Assembly (NCBI GenBank): GCA_964016885.1 | Contig: OZ024741.1 | Location: forward strand, 104,842,001 to 104,906,000 | Source of the DNA: Eledone cirrhosa | Lineage: Eukaryota | Direction of reading: 5' to 3' | Length of the DNA stretch: 64,000 bases | The notes under the pieces: model-generated | Seen by the model: only the letters and a program-made list of their open reading frames with translations | What the model was told of the DNA's origin: nothing | Databases searched by the model: none | In this document: one piece after another, positions 1 to 14,139 of the stretch | Numbering within the stretch: position 1 is the stretch's first letter | Layout of the letters: the number at the start of each line of letters is the position of its first letter | Translations under genes and position numbers: made by a program

Positions 1-1129
1 TTCTTGACGTCTGCAGCGACCTTCATCTTTCGGAGATCGTTGGTTGGCGGCTTTACTGCCGTAGCGCCGCAAGTAATGCTATGTGGAATTTCTTACCCAC
101 CTCTCCTGGAGCCTAAGAATGACAGGAAATGGCGACTTACATGCATGCACCACTGTCGTCCTCCCTCTGTACCACTTACGGTATCCTACGAAATCTGCTA
201 ACATACACTCATACAATTGCTTTGATCAAACATATACACATAGAAGCAGGCATCCTGCTAAACCAGTCTCAAAATTAAGGACTAACAGGGTCATTACGTC
301 TTGGGAAAGAGGTACACTAGGCCAAAAGTAACATGAAGCGGGTGGGATTTCCATCAGATATAATGCTAATCTTCAATACAACTGATAGACTGCTAATTTA
401 TTCATCAAAATGAATACGCGTATGTTAGCAAATTGGATATGTGAATAAGTACAAAATGTAGGAGACTAATTTTCCTTAATTCCGTTTCTAATTTCAATAA
501 ATTCCCTTTTTTCGTTTCCTCTTTTGATGAATTCCATTTGCATTAGGTTAGCAAGCTAAGCTTAATACTGCTGTTGCTGCTGATGATGATGATGATGCTA
601 CCGCTGTTGATGCTGCAACTACTGTCGCTGCTGCTGCTGCAAGTGTACGAAAGGAGCAAGGGACAAATTACTAAATTCTAGGAAAATATTAATCACAAAA
701 ATTGTTCTGTCGCGGGCCATAGAAAAGTACTTTGTGGGGCCCATGCGAGTCACTAGCCTCGTATTTGAGACCCCTGTATTAGACCTAACATTGACACGTA
801 CAATCGCTGTAACCAAACATAGATACATAGAATCAGTAGAGACAAGCATCCTTTTAAATCTGCAAACATAAACAAAACAAAGCCGAGATAATATAGAGAA
901 GCTGTGGAGTACAGAGTTAATGATGTGGGCGTTTTGTTTGTTTGCCAAAGGTGAGAAAATCGAAAGATGGGTTTCAAACAAACAGTAAAACCTTCCATGA
1001 TATCAAAGATAATGCATAATATATGAAATTATAGGCAAATTTCAGATCTACCTTTCGTATATTTAGTTCCATGAACGAGGTAATTGACTGTGATCTTCAA
1101 TAATGAAAATATCATTATGTATATATGTA

Positions 1130-1690
<561 letters not shown>

Positions 1691-2490
1691 TGTATCATAA
1701 ACAATACAATATATATATGGTCGCGTGCGTGCGTGTGATTAGATGTACATGTATGTATATATATATGTTTCGTGTGTATGTATGTGCGCTTTTGTATGTA
1801 TGTACGCATGTATGTGCTTTTGTCTGTACGTATATATATATATTTATATATATATATATATGTGTGTGTACGAACCTATGTATGTTTTCTATTTTTTCTA
1901 GTGTTACTTTATAATTGATAACCCCTCCATCTTACTTTCTCTTTGATTTAATTTTTTTATTCTCATATATTTTTTCATTTTTTTCATTTTCATATTTTAT
2001 AATTTTTATATATGGATCGACCTTCAGCCTGACAATGCTTTGACTGATACACTCCCTTCCCTGTATATATCACTTGCATGTATGTGGTTGCGCGCGTGTG
2101 TGTGTTTATACGCGTGCTTTCATACTTGTATGTGTATATATTTCAATCCTTAGTCCCTGAGTCTGTATGTACGTTAACTCTATTATCTTAAAATTTCTTT
2201 TTTCAACATATATTATATACGTATTTGTGGTCACACATACACTGATATGCTTGCCCTCATGTATGTACTTACGCACACATTTGTTCACTATACACATGCA
2301 TTTGTACATACACACATATGTACATTTGTAGGTGCATATGCACACATTTATACACATACCCTTACTATATTGCCTTATTTTATTTTTATATATCTCTTGC
2401 ATTACTTTTATTTATATATATTTTTTGCCCGTTAAACTTTTGCCTTTCTTGAGGAGATTTTTCAAATATTTCACTATGTTTTAAATTGCC

Positions 2491-2562
2491 TTGTCTGACG
2501 AACGAATGGGGACGTTTCTTGTATTCGTCTTATTCGGGAAACCTCTCGAAATGAGGTAATTA
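2491..2562 (+). ncRNA. Type I hammerhead-like motif, stem I decayed
   Basis: CTGACGA - stem II (cgaatggggacg/cgtcttattcg) - GAAA - stem III CCTC/GAGG - GTA; stem I weak. Confidence 0.55.
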
Positions 2563-2660
2563 TATTATATAGGTTATTATACATTAAATTTAGCTCTGTA
2601 ACTTACATAGAGCACTCTTCACTCCTATGACTTTTTCAATTTTCAACTGAAACTTCAATA

Positions 2661-2706
<46 letters not shown>

Positions 2707-2900
2707 ATATACATACATGCATACACACGCACGCACACGCACGCCCACGCACACATGTATGTATGTATATACGTATATGGTTCACCGGGAAGATCACTAA
2801 TCAGTGTAATATTGGGAGTAGAATAGCTATAAAGATACAGTTTGATCCAACAGATAACCCTATGAGTTAATCAAAAGGGAAAAGCCTTCTGTTGGGATAT

Positions 2901-3042
<142 letters not shown>

Positions 3043-3049
3043 GTGTGTG

Positions 3050-3077
<28 letters not shown>

Positions 3078-3080
<3 letters not shown>

Positions 3081-4228
3081 AAAGAAAAAGAGATGAAATC
3101 GAAAATGCAACTGGAGTCTTATTTAAAATATATATATTTATTTGGTTCCTTTACCGGTTTCGCAGTTCTTCTGCTTTTCAAAAGTAGAGTTGAGATGGAG
3201 GGTCTGTGGTTTTTCTCACATCTGGTTGGTCTCTGAATGTTACTTGTTTTATATGGAAAAAGTGGCTCGAAATGCCAGGTTTTTAGAGAAGTAATTTGAT
3301 TGGTTGGTCAATAATTATAATAAATTTCGCGCCAGTTCGCGTTACAATAGTTCTTCAAATAAGAGGGGGGGGGGTTGTCACAGGTTGTTTTTTTCATATA
3401 TGAGTGTTTGAATTTCTTTTTACTTGAAAAAAGGGGCTCACGAAGGCTTTTTTTTGATTGGTTATAAATGAAATTATGGCTGTCACGTGAACAAGTTTTC
3501 ATTAAATTTTCGCGCCCTATTTGGAAATCCATTCTGTAGCCTTTTTAGAGAATTTTATGATAAGTAAAAAATAAGGGTCAAGAGAAATGGGATGGATGAA
3601 TTGTTCTGGTTCAGTGAATATGGTTAGTTCGCTGGGGTGTCAGAATTCAGATTTTCTATTGAATAAAGGAAGTAAAGATATGTATGTTTATTTGTGTGCT
3701 TGTGTGTGTGTGCGCGCGCGCGCGTGTGTGTTGTGTGTGTGTGTTTAAATTTCTTTTTACTTAAAAAAAAAGGATTTCCAAATAAGGGCGCGAAAATTTA
3801 ATGAAAACTTGTTCACGTGACAGCCATAATTTCATTTATAACCAATCAAAAAAAAAGCCTTCGTGAGCCCCTTTTTTCAAGTAAAAAGAAATTCAAACAC
3901 TCATATATGAAAAAACAACCTGTGACAACCCCCCCTCCTATTTGAAGAACTATTGTAACGCGAACTGGCGCGAAATTTATTATAATTATTGACCAACCAA
4001 TCAAATTACTTCTCTAAAAACCTGGCATTTCAAGCCACTTTTTCCATATAAAACAAGTAACATTCAGAGACCAACCAGATGTGAGAAAAACCACAGACCC
4101 TCCATCTCAACTCTACTTTTGAAAAGCAGAAGAACTGCGAAGCCGGTAAAGGAACCAAATAAATATATATATTTAAAAAAAAAATAAGACTCCAGTTGCA
4201 TTTTCGATTTCATCTCTTTTTCTTTATA
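3078..4228. mobile_element. Fold-back non-autonomous PLE-like element with ~450-bp inverted arms (3078-3530 / 3772-4228), each carrying a hammerhead
   Basis: Arms are near-identical reverse complements; flanked by (TA)n tracts. Confidence 0.8.
3149..3184 (-). ncRNA. Minimal type I hammerhead, U3-A8 core variant
   Basis: Minus strand CTT TTGAAAA GCAG AAGAA CTGC GAAA CCGG TA AAG; palindromic ACCGGT stem III; plus-strand twin at 4116-4151 has GAAG in place of GAAA. Confidence 0.7.
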
Positions 4229-4283
4229 CTTTCACTCGTGTAGGACACCTCGGTTATTTTTCAATTTGTAAAAAAAACCTCAC

Positions 4284-4347
<64 letters not shown>

Positions 4348-4353
<6 letters not shown>

Positions 4354-4711
4354 ATACTTTGGGAGGGTCATATTGTTGTAATAATATTGCCAGAAATAAT
4401 AACAGAACACACTCACTGTTTGGTTGGTTTTCGCTTCTGTATCTTTTATTTCTCCACAGTTAATTTTTTCCGTCCTCAATGTTTACCATTGACTGACCAA
4501 CGGTCAAAATTACAAATATAATATAGATATAAACACCTATATATAGTCTAACAAAGTTCTTTCGTTGCACATCTGCAACATCATCAGTGGTACTATTATG
4601 TTCCTCCTGTTGTATTGTATATCTACGACATTTATAACAATATTTATAACAAGTATAACAAGTATAACAATATTTGTTTCGACACGCGATTTCAAATCAA
4701 AAACCTCGCAA

Positions 4712-4718
<7 letters not shown>
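4348..4718 (-). mobile_element. Short hammerhead-bearing repeat family A, with an inverted copy of its 3' tip at ~4655-4718
   Basis: Homologous to 11695-12017(+), 20448-20815(-), 21355-21670(+) and 31008-31050; bounded by (TA)n. Confidence 0.75.
4544..4595 (-). ncRNA. Hammerhead-like motif of family A
   Basis: TAGTACCA CTGATGA T GTTGCA GATG TGCAAC GAAA GAAC TT TGTTAGACTA; perfect 6-bp stem II; stems I and III imperfect; also at 11789-11840(+) and 20678-20729(-). Confidence 0.6.
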
Positions 4719-4769
<51 letters not shown>

Positions 4770-4982
4770 GAGATATCCACGACAAGTTGTGGGGTCTAGT
4801 CTGCATGAAGAACTCAATGTAATCCATATGTTGAAAATGTTGTAGGTTAAAATAAATCCCGGGAAACAATAAAACATTAAAAGGAAAACAGAGTCATGAT
4901 ATAAGTTAAAACAATGAAATAAAAAATCAAGTCATTAGAAATATACTTCACTGCTTTACGATCGTTTCTAGGTGATGATAAT

Positions 4983-5113
4983 TGTTTCTACTTTAGGCAC
5001 AAGGACAGCAATTACCCAGTACATTACTGGTACTTTATTTTATCGACCCCGTAAGGATGAAAGGCAAAGTTAACCTCGGCGGGATTTGAACTCAGATCAT
5101 AAAGGGACGTAAC
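4983..5113 (-). mobile_element. 5'-truncated tRNA-derived SINE with a Nin-like central domain and a 16-bp TSD
   Basis: Minus strand gagttcaaatcccgccgaggttaactttgcctttcatccttacggggtcgataaaataaagtaccag; TSD tctaggtgatgataat at 4967-4982 and 5114-5129. Confidence 0.88.
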
Positions 5114-5752
5114 TCTAGGTGATGATAATACATCGTAACTAGACTTCGATATCGATCTATGTAAAGTTAGTTACAAAATATCAGATAAAGAGAATATTTA
5201 CTTACATGCATATCACCAGCTGTTATCAAAAGCAATAATAATTTTATTCAAAATTAGTAGTAAATTAGTATTATGTTTAGTTCTATGACCTTGTTTGGAG
5301 GTAGTTGAAGAACTAACCAATCAGATTGTTTTATTCCATATGATGTTAAGATGAAAAATAATTCACTCTAGTTGAGGTCATGACCCTTTGAAAGGAATGG
5401 TTGAATGGTGTTAATAACAGAATTGCCATAAAAAATCTATTAGGAAGAAAGGGATTGTCAAATTGATAGTTGAATGTATATGGTATAGTGAAGTTTAAAA
5501 GGAATGTAAAAATTAAATGTTGAGTTGTGTTCTATGGAGTTTTTAGGTGAATATAAATTAAGGTCATGGGTAGGAAAGATAGTATATTAAAAGATGAAAA
5601 TTATAATAAGATAATGAAATACAGAAATACAATAATATAATATAATATAACACAATATAGTACGGTGTGGTAAATTGTACTTAGTATAAAACGATAGTAA
5701 ATCAGTGAAGTATATTTCTAATGACTTGATTTTTTATTTCATTGTTTTAACT

Positions 5753-5793
<41 letters not shown>

Positions 5794-5799
5794 ATATAA

Positions 5800-5854
<55 letters not shown>

Positions 5855-5939
5855 AAGCAAAGAAAATTTCAGTGATACGAAAAGATTTCCTGGTAGACTG
5901 GTGAAAATCCAATTTGATGGCTCTCTTATGGTCAGAAAC

Positions 5940-6505
5940 ATATACTCTTACAACAAATACAGACCAACAAAATATGCGCACTCCACTTTTCCGTTCACAG
6001 CTCTGTATACAAACACACACATATACCCTTATATTAACATACTTTCGCTCATAGCTTCGTACTTATAAGCACACACACACTCTTTTACTTACATTTATTT
6101 ACATATACACACCTATGTTTTTAACTTCGAACGGACGTATAATAACACAAACTCTCTCTCTCTCTGACACACACACACACACACCCGCACGCGCACACGC
6201 ACACACATGCATGCGCACGCGCACAAGTATAACTCTTTATAGGTAGACGCGCTCAATCATCCATTTTTCTAAAAAAAATATATCATACACAAAACGCCAG
6301 CAACAACAGTTTTCCAAGAGATATCAACATGAATGAACCTTTTCCAATTTCACCCCGCCCGTCCCTTCAATCTATCTTATTTCTCGTTTCTTCTGATGAA
6401 GGACTAGCGTCCGAAACGTTAAGACCCTCTTATTGCTATTTCAAGCGTTAACCTAATATATTCCTTCCATATACTGTACCGATTGTGTTGTTATTTCTAT
6501 TTACC

Positions 6506-6510
<5 letters not shown>
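5940..6510 (+). mobile_element. Hammerhead-bearing repeat family B (PLE 3'/pLTR-like)
   Basis: Homologous to 51727-52270(-) and partly to 33050-33190(-). Confidence 0.7.
6389..6424 (+). ncRNA. Minimal type I hammerhead (family B)
   Basis: TCTT CTGATGA A GGAC TAGC GTCC GAAA CG TT AAGA; perfect stems I and II; palindromic AACGTT stem III. Confidence 0.85.
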
Positions 6511-6573
<63 letters not shown>

Positions 6574-6830
6574 ACACACACACATATATATATATATATG
6601 AAAAGAGTCAGGACCCCGACGGCTGAGCTCCGGCCGTTTCAACAGCTATCTAGCAAACAGGTAAAACAAAACTTATGAGTAGATGCGATACTAGTGGATT
6701 GAAAGCCAAGATAACCCTGCTTTACTGCCACTCTCCAAACCAATTTTGTAGAGTACAGTTAAGCACGAAACTAAAGTCGAATTACTGGTGTGGTTTCTCA
6801 ACTATAACAAAATATTTATTTATCTATATA

Positions 6831-6912
<82 letters not shown>

Positions 6913-6923
6913 TCTTTCTCTAT

Positions 6924-6954
<31 letters not shown>

Positions 6955-7345
6955 AATGAAAGGTATAGAAAACATTGTAGCAAAAAGGCAACAGTATTCC
7001 ATAATATATAAGTGACTATAGCGTCAAAATGGGAAAAATAGTTAACGTAAGATGTGGGAAAAATAATTCAAACTCAACTCAAAGAGAATCAGGATATAGA
7101 TTCATCCACAGAATTTAGTGAAATCCAGGGAAAAATCAATAGAGCCTTAACTCATGATAAAATAAAGTTTAAAATATTCATCATTCAATTTGGAAAAACT
7201 TCAAATGCTCTGTATAGTCTTAAAGACTATTTCACGTTGCTTTGGCGGTGCTGGTGGTGTATATATGTATGTAGACAATTACATATGTATATACATATAT
7301 ATACATGCTTACACACACATACATGCATACACACATACACACACA

Positions 7346-7436
<91 letters not shown>

Positions 7437-7449
7437 TTATATATATATA

Positions 7450-7519
<70 letters not shown>

Positions 7520-7523
<4 letters not shown>

Positions 7524-7712
7524 TTTATCCCGGGTTCAATCGGGGGTAACCACAGTAAGTGAGGTACTCAATACATAGAAGAGTATAAATATTTAATATA
7601 GAAATGGCTTCTACAGGACTAGAACTGTTTCATTTGGGATACATCATCAGGAAGCCCTGATGATTTGTCCAGAATTAAACAGTTCTAGTCCTGTAGAAGC
7701 CATTTCTATATT
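7520..7712. mobile_element. Family C fold-back: two inverted hammerheads joined at stem I
   Basis: Minus-strand hammerhead at 7606-7656 (GGCTTC CTGATGA..GAAA CAG..CTG TA GAAGCC) followed by an inverted decayed copy; family also at 50587-50746 and 52978-53045. Confidence 0.75.
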
Positions 7713-8421
7713 ATATATATATATATATAATTTCCTCCACATATATGCACTGAATCATTAAAATATAAACCAACAAGAAGCCATCTATAGTCTATTATTG
7801 TAATCAAAAGCTATTTCCTACTTTTCTTCCATAATAGTTTAGAGTCTAAACTACAAATAACTGCAAAGACTACACACCAAAGATATAAACATATGTATAT
7901 ATACACACACACGCGCAAAGCACACACACATATATACAGTATATTAGTAAATATACATACATATATATTTATATATATATATGTGTGTGTGTGTGCGCGC
8001 GCGCGTGTGCGTGCGTGTCTGTGTAAAAGAAACACACTGGACTTGAGATTTAGCGGAAAATAATTCAAGAGAGCTTAACAATGACTATTTCTCAAGGAAT
8101 TCGATTCACTGGTGACTATTTTAGGTTTCATTTAAAATGTTATCATGTTTTGTAAATAACGTGCGATATTAAAGTCTATTTCTTCTGACAAGTTCTTAAA
8201 ATATAATATATTTCGGATGAAGAGTTTGTCTGACGCGGTTCTGTTGAACGAAATAGCAAAACTTCTGTCGGTGATGATGGTGGTTGGTGTTGTTATTGTT
8301 GCTTTGGCGGTGCTGGTGGTGTATATATGTATGTAGACAATTACATATGTATATACATATATATACATGATTACACACACATACATGCATACATACATAC
8401 ACACACAGACCCCCCCCATAT

Positions 8422-8476
<55 letters not shown>

Positions 8477-8597
8477 GGAGGTGAGTTTTATTGTAGCACA
8501 ATAAAGCAATGCAAATATCGGATAAGTAGCACTCCACAGTTTATAGGACTGGAGTATAAATAATATAAGATCAAAAGATTGTTAAAAGAGTTCCATG

Positions 8598-8668
8598 TAT
8601 TTTATTATGCGCATTTCAAAAACAAATATCATCATGGGATGATATTTGCGTTCTCATCAGATAAAATA
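8598..8668 (-). ncRNA. Type I hammerhead
   Basis: TATTTTAT CTGATGA long stem II (AAATATCATC/GATGATATTT) GAAA TGCGCA TA ATAAAATA; perfect 8-bp stem I; palindromic ATGCGCAT. Confidence 0.8.
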
Positions 8669-8729
8669 GGGAGACATGATATGAAGCTTAAAAAACACTT
8701 GCGAGCAGTGAAGTGTTAAATCAACATTC

Positions 8730-9510
8730 GCCTTCACTCCTCAACAACGCTCTATCTTTCGCATTTAAGTATTCTGACATTAACACAGATCAACTTTACA
8801 TCATTCTCACCGCAAGAAAAACTATCCTGGAATTCAACAACGAATTGAGCTGATACTTCCAACAATTTTGATATCACAATGGGTTCGTCGGATTCAGCGC
8901 AATTGACGGACTTGATTGGTATCTTTATTTTGAATTCTTTAAATCGGAAAATTCCTTAACTTCGCGGTGGAATTTATCGTGACGATGCCCTTTTTACTGT
9001 CTTAAACTGTAACTTAGTTAACCTTAATATTATTAAGAATAATATACTTCATCTATTTAAGCACCATAAAATTGAATTTGAAAACAACGTCAAACTAGCT
9101 AACTTCCTGGATATATCCCTTAATCTTGACACCGGCCTATATTACCCTTACCATAAAGACAATGAGAATCTAAATTATGTTAATTTTAAATCTAACCACC
9201 CATTAACGTTAACAATGCTATAGTCAGTAATGTTGAAAAAAGAATCTCAAATCTATCCTCTAATAAAGTTATCTTCGAAGCTAATTCCAATTATTATAAT
9301 AATGCGCTTTCCAAAGCCGGTTATCCTGATAAAATTAAATACAATAAAGAAACCAATCATCGAAGGACTTATAGTAAAATAGTTAGATATGAACATTCCA
9401 ATAACTTAAATAAAAGACCTAGATACAAAAATATGATTTGGTACAACGCTCCTTTTTCTCTATCTATTACTAGTAATATTCCTAAACTATATTTTAGGGC
9501 CTTAGATAAA
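8730..9510 (+). pseudogene. Degraded Naiad-type Penelope-like RT fragment
   Basis: Translates FDITMGSSDSAQLTDLIG, GIYRDDA, NFLDI, SNHP, IWYNAPFS with stops and frameshifts. Confidence 0.85.
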
Positions 9511-9511
9511 A

Positions 9512-9938
9512 GTACGTCAATACTCATCTTTTTCCATTTCTCCGAGGATTCTTAACCCCACTATCAGGCTAAATAATTTCTTTAATTTCTTTAGTCAAAA
9601 TACGGCGATAGCTTACATTTCTAATAATTTCAAACCCACTCGCTGTTTCGAAAATATTCTTACTTGACATTACAGTCGCCAAGTTTATAGCTTCTAATTT
9701 GAATGGAAGGAGACGGGTGTTGTGTTGGTGTAAATGGTAGCACAGTGGTCCGGATAACCAAAGATGTGGATTCGACTCCCATGTACGTCAATACTCATCT
9801 TTTTCCATTTCTCCGAGGTTTCTTACCCCCACTATCAGGCTAAATAATTTCTTTAATTTCTTTAGTCAAAATACGGCGATAGCTTACATTTCTAATAATT
9901 TCAAACCCACTCGCTGTTTCGAAAATATTCTTACTTGA
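9512..9938 (+). repeat. 156-bp direct repeats (9512-9667 / 9783-9938), period 271 bp
   Basis: Near-identical copies, both starting gtacgtcaatactcatc. Confidence 0.9.
9719..9790 (+). tRNA. tRNA-like sequence (pseudogene or SINE head), anticodon-position GGA
   Basis: A-box TGGTGTAAATGG, B-box GGATTCGACTCC, D/anticodon/T stems foldable, acceptor stem degenerate, TTTTT ~10 nt downstream. Confidence 0.6.
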
Positions 9939-10039
9939 TTATACTATATATTTTCAACAGTAATACTATACTATACTATATTTTTTCAACAGTCATACTA
10001 TACTATACTATATATTTTCAACAGTAATATTATACTACA

Positions 10040-10167
10040 CAGACGGCTTATTATCGTCTGTTTATCCAAGCGAAGCTAGGTACGTCAGCTATATATATAT
10101 ATGTATATATATGGATGCCGTAGAACATGCCAATGGTAGCCGGGGCCAGCCGGAAGGGCCAGCTAGT
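10040..10167 (+). mobile_element. Two probable Helitron 3' ends
   Basis: ccaagcgaagctagg..cagcta and ccggggccagccgg..cagCTAG|T: subterminal hairpin plus CTAG terminus. Confidence 0.45.
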
Positions 10168-10341
10168 ATATATATAAATGTAATCTGAGTTTTTCGAATA
10201 TTAATAATAACATTCGATTCGTTTGCAATTATGCAAACAACCTTATTTTTAAAGCCATGTCAGTAGAATGAACCCTTCATTCTTGCTCTTGTGTTGGCAT
10301 GTAAATAAATAAAAAAATAAATAAATATATATATATATATA

Positions 10342-11051
10342 TTGGTAAAAGGAAAAGAAAATGCTGACAAATTGTTCACAGTGAAAAATAGTTTAATTAG
10401 GAATAAGTAAAAATTAGTAATAAGTATTGGTTAGTATTCAGTTTTGGTTTTAAGTTTTACCGGTTGCGCATTTCTAATGCTTTTCAAAAATAATTTTGAG
10501 ATAGAGTGCCCGTGATGTTTGCTCTAATCTGATTAGTTTTGGAAATTCTGCCTGTTTTCATTATCACAACAATGAACCTCTTTACTACTTCACACACACA
10601 CACACACACATATTTGTCTTAAAAGACTTATTTTTCAGTGACTTCTCAATCAGCCGAGATAAACCTACATTTGGCGCAAAATAAATGTTTAACATTCACA
10701 TGACCTCTACCGACCAATCAAAATTGTTTTGACCACAAGAATTTTTGCAACACGAATTGGCGCGAAACTTATTTTAATACATCTGGAGCCACTTTTTTCA
10801 CATAAAACAGGTAGAATTTCCAAAACTAATCAGATTATAGCAAACATCACGGGCGCTCTATCTCAAAATTATTTTTGAAAAGCATTAGAAATGCGTAACC
10901 GGTAAACACTTAAAACCAAAACTGAATACTAACCAATACTTATTACTAATTTTTATTTATTCCTAATTAAACTATTTTTCACTGTGAACAATTTGTCAGC
11001 ATTTTCTTTTCCTTTTACCAATATATCATAACTCGTGTGTTACACCTCTAT

Positions 11052-11058
<7 letters not shown>
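10342..11058. mobile_element. Family D fold-back element (inverted arms ~10342-10560 / 10805-11025)
   Basis: Reverse-complement arms; same family at 12928-13381(+) and 32183-32437(+); hammerhead-like motif in each copy. Confidence 0.8.
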
Positions 11059-11135
<77 letters not shown>

Positions 11136-11304
11136 GAAACTGACTGGCCAGTCTTCTGATATGCAAATCTGGCTGATCAGTGGATCTTCTAATATGCAGA
11201 TCTGACTCAGTCTACTAATATGCAAATCAGGCCGATCAGTCACTGTATATTTGAGAAAATAGCATATATTTTCACTACCTCTGACAGTTGGTAGGTGAAC
11301 AGTG

Positions 11305-11352
11305 AGCTGTACTGATGAAGGGTGATACCCAGAAATATTAGTGTCTGCAGTT
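11305..11352 (+). ncRNA. Type I hammerhead
   Basis: GCTGTA CTGATGA A GGGT GAT ACCC A GAAA TATTAGTG TC TGCAGT; GUC site; stem III looks like a decayed ACACTAGTGT palindrome. Confidence 0.7.
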
Positions 11353-11446
11353 CTGTTTACATGCCAACGCAAGAGCAAGAATGCAGGGTACATTCTACTA
11401 ACATGGCTTTAAAAAGGAGGCTTGTTTGCATAATTGAGTTACATCC

Positions 11447-11692
11447 TCAGGATTTAAAGTAGGAGTTAAAAAGGATTTGGAACTGCCATGAAATCAAGGT
11501 CGTCCCGATTGTCATAGGCGCACTAGGTACTATCTCAAAGAGTTTCCAAGAATGGTTAAAGAAGATTAGTCCAGCCCCGCTTTTTGGAAAACTTCAAAAG
11601 CATGCTTGCTGGAAACAGCAAGAACCCTTCGATACGTTCTGAATGTCTGAGGCTGCAGGTAGCGGCTTCATATTCATTTCAACAAACTTTCC
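11447..11692 (+). mobile_element. 3' fragment of the R4/Dong-type element
   Basis: Closely matches the reverse complement of ~38615-38862 (VVPIVIGALGTISK). Confidence 0.9.
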
Positions 11693-11694
11693 AA

Positions 11695-12013
11695 AAGCAT
11701 GCGCTGAGAAGAAGACAAAAATAAATAAATAAATAAACAGATAAAATAAAAATGGCGTAGACATACAATGCAACAGGAGGAAACATAATAGTACCACTGA
11801 TGATGTTGCAGATGTGCAACGAAAGAACTTTGTTAGACTATATATATGTGTTTATATCTGTATTTTTGACCGTTGGTCAGTGAATGATAAACATTGATTG
11901 CCGAATGAATTAACTATGGAGATATAAATGATGCAGAAGCGAAAACCAACCGAACAGTGAGTATGTTCTGTTATTATTTCTGGCATTATTACAACAATAT
12001 GACCCTACCCAAG

Positions 12014-12017
<4 letters not shown>
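11695..12017 (+). mobile_element. Family A copy with hammerhead-like motif at 11789-11840
   Basis: Reverse complement of 4348-4630. Confidence 0.75.
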
Positions 12018-12053
<36 letters not shown>

Positions 12054-12927
12054 CGCATATATATATATATACAGCGCATCAGCAAGGAATCTCACTTTAT
12101 TAACAAATACGGACCCCGTCTAAACACTTCTCCCTAAGACGAACCCACAACATACACACGTCAACATACATACCCACATCAGCATACATCCTACATACAT
12201 CTCTATCCACATATAAACACAATGACATACGTAAACACACATGTTCTATGGTGCAACACAAATATACACACATTTGCATACCTTTTGATGTCTATAGATA
12301 TAAACGTGCCGACACACACACATACATAAACGCACACATGCATTGCACACTGATGGGCACATACATATTTGTACACAAGTATTCCAATACGGCAAAGCCT
12401 AATGCAGTACGTACAATCTGGACACTCACACACACCTTGGTATTATGCCAATACTATATATCATTTCACACCTTTTATTATTAAGGTTTTTGATGTTCTA
12501 TTCAGAGAATCGTTTTTACTGAAAATATCGAATAATGTACACTATTTTACCAGTATCACAAAAATACTGGTCCACCCCCACACACACATTCTCTCACACA
12601 CACACATATATATACACACACACACACACATATATACACACACACATACACACGCGTACATTAACATACAAAGAGACATACACACACACACACACACTTC
12701 TCCGTATAAGACAAGAGCTGAAAACACTTCTCCGTATAAGACAAGAGCTGAAAAATATCTTTTAACATGTTAAAATATCCCCCACACACTTACAGACACA
12801 TTCATACTGACCATCCCTCTACCACGAATTACTCTGCTACATCCCCCCCCCCACACACACACACACTTGTCTTAATAGGAATTAGAACTGTCAACAGGCT
12901 GCGGTTCGCACACACATCCCTGCTGAC

Positions 12928-13379
12928 CATTATCACAACAACGAACCTCTTTACTACTACTACACACACACACATATTTGTTTTGAAAGACTTATTTTTC
13001 AGTGACTTCTCAATCAGCCGACACAAATCTACATTCGGCGCAAAATAAATGTTTAACATTCACATGACCTCTACCGACCAATCAAAATTGTTTTGACCAC
13101 AAGAATTTTTGCAACACGAATTGGCGCGAAACTTATTTTAATACATCTGGAGCCACTTTTTTCACATAAAACAGGTAGAATTTCCAAAACTAATCAGATT
13201 AGAGCAAACATCACGGGCGCTCTATCTCAAAATTATTTTTGAAAAGCATTAGAAATGCGCAACCGGTAAAACTTAAAACTAAAACTGAATACTAACCAAT
13301 ACTATTACTAATTTTCACTTATTCCTAATTAAACTATTTTTCACTGTGAACAATTTGTCAGCATTTTCTTTTCCGTTTA

Positions 13380-13381
<2 letters not shown>
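12928..13381 (+). mobile_element. Family D copy (hammerhead-like motif at 13236-13271)
   Basis: Near-identical to 10560-11020. Confidence 0.8.
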
Positions 13382-13447
<66 letters not shown>

Positions 13448-13448
<1 letters not shown>

Positions 13449-13600
13449 GGATGAAAAACTCAGAGCTGTACGGGAACCTCCCAAAAGTCAGCTCGAAAGT
13501 GGCACAGGGGAGACTGAGGTTAGCTGGACATGCTCACCGACATCCGGAGTTGACACTACACTCAGTGCTCCTGTGGGAGCCCCTGCATGGACACACTGCC
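13448..13600 (+). pseudogene. RTE-clade LINE C-terminal fragment
   Basis: NSELYGNLPKVSSKVAQGRLRLAGHAHRH...VLLWEP resembles the RTE post-RT motif (RRLRxAGH). Confidence 0.75.
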
Positions 13601-13636
13601 ATGGAAGATTCAATTGTGTTTACAAGAAATTTTGAT

Positions 13637-13787
13637 CAATCCTTTTGACAACTACAATCTCTCTCATATCAGGAATTACTCCTTGAAAAGTTCGGCTATT
13701 TATTACCACTCTAAAAATTCTAATTTAGTCCAGTCCAGAAATAGCTGTCGAAAAGGCTTGAGCTCTGCCGTCGGGGTTAAACATTTT

Positions 13788-13790
<3 letters not shown>
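13637..13790 (+). mobile_element. Solo Naiad pLTR fragment with hammerhead (13678-13777, U3-A8 core, long branched stem II)
   Basis: Homologous to 37262-37411; ACTCC TTGAAAA ... GAAA AGGC TTGAGCTCT GCCG TC GGGGT. Confidence 0.7.
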
Positions 13791-13843
<53 letters not shown>

Positions 13844-13855
13844 GAGAGAGAGAGA

Positions 13856-13921
<66 letters not shown>

Positions 13922-14139
13922 CAGGGAGGGAGGGAGAGTGAGACAGAAAGATAGGGAGAGGGAGAGAGATTCTTATTGGCATTTATGTTATTGTCTCCGG
14001 AAGTAAAGATAAATCAATGTGAAAATGTTACGATTTGAACTCGTAATAGAGTATGTTCAGATCTTAGAAATGTATTTAGCTTGGTGGTTCTCTATTGAAA
14101 GTCATCATAAATGTTTTTATTATTGATGAGCATTTTTTA

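Noticed and set aside
619-981. 120-aa minus-strand ORF ending in polyQ
   Set aside because: No recognisable domain; the Q-run comes from a (CTG)n repeat; an unrecognised host exon cannot be excluded
7237-8393. ~95-bp direct repeat (7237-7330 / 8299-8393) as LTRs
   Set aside because: No TG..CA ends, PBS or PPT; mostly low-complexity local duplication
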